DNA of 64,000 nucleotides from Octopus bimaculoides (taxonomy: Eukaryota): contig NC_068995.1 of assembly GCF_001194135.2 (NCBI RefSeq), forward strand, positions 45,713,907 to 45,777,906. The letters run 5' to 3'. Below, piece after piece: positions 61,238 through 64,000 of this stretch. How positions within the stretch are numbered: the stretch's first letter is position 1; every line of letters begins with the position of its first letter. Below the pieces are notes generated by a model that saw only the letters and a list, made by a program, of their open reading frames with translations, was not told the origin of the DNA and did no database searches. The position numbers were made by a program, and so were the translations under genes.

Positions 61238-61274
61238 TCTTTGACGTTTCGAGCTACGCTCTTCAACAGAAAGA
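61238..61274 (-). ncRNA. Ultra-minimal degenerate hammerhead motif
   Basis: Minus strand: tcttt-CTGTTGA-a-gagc/gta/gctc-GAAAC-GTC-aaaga; 5-bp stem I, ACGT palindrome as stem III, A6U core substitution. Confidence 0.55.
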
Positions 61275-62723
61275 ATACGGAGACAAGGAGAAAAACACGG
61301 AGAAAAAAAATTGAATAGTGTTCAGTCAACGGTCAATCATAANNNNNNNNNNTATATATATATATATATATATATATCCATATAGATACTATTCAAGTTA
61401 ATCGTTCAAACAATACTATCCCCAAGGCATAACTACAGATTGGTGCCCCTGTCTTTGTTTCCTCATAACTTTCTGAAAAATACGTTTTTTTTTGTTGTTT
61501 TTTTTAACGGAACTTCGCAGGGTTACATTTTCAAGATTGTAGCTTACGATCATGTTAAAATTTAGGGAACAAAACTAGATAAAAGAGGTTACAATAGGCA
61601 AGTAATAGAGAAACAAATCAACGATTTTATGTTTCTTGTGTGTGTGTGTATGCGTGTGCTTGTTATGTTTTTGTGTATTTATGAGTGTGAAATGTAAATA
61701 TAACAAAAACAATGTCGCATTTTAAACTTGGAGAAAAGAGCCTTGCTTCATGTGTGTATGTAAAATCAGTAAATTTCCAAGCAGAAAACGAGATCAACAT
61801 TGTAAAAGCCGTATAGTAAGTCCATATGTTGTTTTATTTTTTGTTTGTTTTTTTTTTTAAACACCAAAGAGTCGAAATATTGTAACATGCATCAAAGAGC
61901 AGAAATATTGCAACATGCATGGAGAAAAAGAAGAGATGTAAATTAACATTTGCTATTGATGAAAGGNNNNNNNNNNNNNNNNNNNNNNNNNNNNNNNNNN
62001 NNNNNNNNNNNNNNNNNNNNNNNNNNNNNNNNNNNNNNNNNNNNNNNNNNNNNNNNNNNNNNNNNNNNNNNNNNNNNNNNNNNNNNNNNNNNNNNNNNNN
62101 NNNNNNNNNNNNNNNNNNNNNNNNNNNNNNNNNNNNNNNNNNNNNNNNNNNNNNNNNNNNNNNNNNNNNNNNNNNNNNNNNNNNNNNNNNNNNNNNNNNN
62201 NNNNNNNNNNNNNNNNNNNNNNNNNNNNNNNNNNNNNNNNNNNNNNNNNNNNNNNNNNNNNNNNNNNNNNNNNNNNNNNNNNNNNNNNNNNNNNNNNNNN
62301 NNNNNNNNNNNNNNNNNNNNNNNNNNNNNNNNNNNNNNNNNNNNNNNNNNNNNNNNNNNNNNNNNNNNNNNNNNNNNNNNNNNNNNNNNNNNNNNNNNNN
62401 NNNNNNNNNNNNNNNNNNNNNNNNNNNNNNNNNNNNNNNNNNNNNNNNNNNNNNNNNNNNNNNNNNNNNNNNNNNNNNNNNNNNNNNNNNNNNNNNNNNN
62501 NNNNNNNNNNNNNNNNNNNNNNNNNNNNNNNNNNNNNNNNNNNNNNNNNNNNNNNNNNNNNNNNNNNNNNNNNNNNNNNNNNNNNNNNNNNNNNNNNNNN
62601 NNNNNNNNNNNNNNNNNNNNNNNNNNNNNNNNNNNNNNNNNNNNNNNNNNNNNNNNNNNNNNNNNNNNNNNNNNNNNNNNNNNNNNNNNNNNNNNNNNNN
62701 NNNNNNNNNNNNNNNNNNNNNNN

Positions 62724-62773
<50 letters not shown>

Positions 62774-64000
62774 GTGCGTGTGTGTTTGCGCCGCCGTAAC
62801 TTAACGATTATATATATGTGTGTGTGTTTTCCATCATCGCTTGACAGCCTGTGTTAGTGTGTTTACATCCCTGCAACTTAGCGGTTTGGCCAAAAGTGAC
62901 TGATAGAATAAGTACCAAGCTTAAAAAAAAAAGAAAAGAAAAACGGCAGTGTTAATGAGAAGATAGAAATCACAACCGAAACAAGTACTGGTTCGATTCA
63001 TTCAACCAAAGTTGGCACCGTTTATTTCTCTAAAATACTACAATATGTATATTTACTTATAAAGATATAATACGATTTTTTATTGGGTTCAAAATATGAA
63101 CAAGTATATATTTTAACAAAGGAAAATAAAGAAAAACAAGGCGGTTCCCCAGATTGGCTGAAGTGTAATGACAAATAAAAAAAATAAATAAAAAGATATA
63201 TATTTATATGTATGTACATAAAAAAATCAAACAAAAACAAAGCTCAGCTTGTTGATGAAGGGGTTGTACTCATTCAGTCGTATTCCAAGAATTGAGCTTT
63301 TTCAGCATTTGGTTACAAAAGTAAAATAAAAATCTAAAAAATAAATAGTTTGATAGCTTAGTCAGATAAGGAAGGGTTAATTCACATGACTGTTTCCACT
63401 GCTGCTCTGAAACTGGTGATGGGATGAGAGGGAGGAATTTATGCTTACAGAAGTTCTAACTCAAGTTCTTGCAATAATGTGAAGTCCACTTGAAGTACCA
63501 CCAAAGGCCAGGTGATGGGGCCATAATCACAAAGAAAATATATTCAAATGAGTGAGGCAAGGCGGGGACATAGCAGAATCATTAGCATGTCGGACAGAAT
63601 GCTCATTGGGCTTTATTCTGGCCCTTTACATTCCGGGTTCAATTCTGCCTAGGTCGATTTTGCCTTCCATCCTTTTGGGTGGGTTTGATAAAACGAAGTA
63701 GCTCTTAGATATTGGGGACAATGTAATTGACTTGACCTCTTCCTCTTAAGATTATTGACCTTGTGCCAAAATTAGAAACCTTACTTGGTAAGTGAGATAT
63801 TTGCTTAGCTGTTCACAGTAGCTAAACAAGGATTTCACTTACTAAATAACGCTGACTGGAAGCTCTTTTACTTGTTTCAGTCATTTGACTGCGGCCATGC
63901 TGGGGCATCGCTTTTAGTTGAGCAAATCGACCCCAGGACTTATTCTTTGTAAGCCTAGTACTTATTCTATCGGTCTCTTTTTGCCGAACCGCTAAGTTAC

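Noticed and set aside
8999-62857. Long ORFs of 100-400 aa made mostly of X
   Set aside because: Artefacts of N gaps and flanking (TA)n; no real coding content.
60823-64000. Second ZIP exon (expected GGVFL-type TM2)
   Set aside because: Not found by eye; it may lie in the 61947-62723 gap or beyond the window.

Overview
AT-rich, repeat-dense, gapped animal scaffold. The SINE and microsatellite content points to an octopus genome (inference). Three spliced genes were reconstructed by hand from GT-AG signals. (1) The MEK1/2 ortholog (MAP2K1/2, Dsor1-type) on +, nine coding exons at 1931-31218 equivalent to human exons 3-11, with exons 1-2 upstream of the window. (2) A complete 411-aa SIRT6 CDS on -, six coding exons at 45765-51634, convergent with MEK. 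(3) The first coding exon of a probable ZIP1/ZIP3-type (SLC39A) metal transporter on + at 60456-60601, divergent from SIRT6. Introns and intergenic DNA hold tRNA-derived SINEs, maT and mariner relics, hAT and piggyBac-type MITEs, R4/Dong, RTE and I/Jockey-like LINE fragments, minisatellites and microsatellites. The most notable unexplained signal is a set of seven minimal type I hammerhead-ribozyme motifs (six full-length, one partial) of the Penelope/retrozyme style. Most have palindromic stem III segments. They include a near-canonical sense-strand copy in MEK intron 7 and an inverted pair upstream of SIRT6. Other leads are a MEK-SIRT6(-ZIP3) neighbourhood that echoes human 19p13.3, an in-frame alternative acceptor in the MEK regulatory insert, a candidate bidirectional promoter, and a uORF overlapping the ZIP start codon. 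Repeat boundaries are approximate and no database searches were run.
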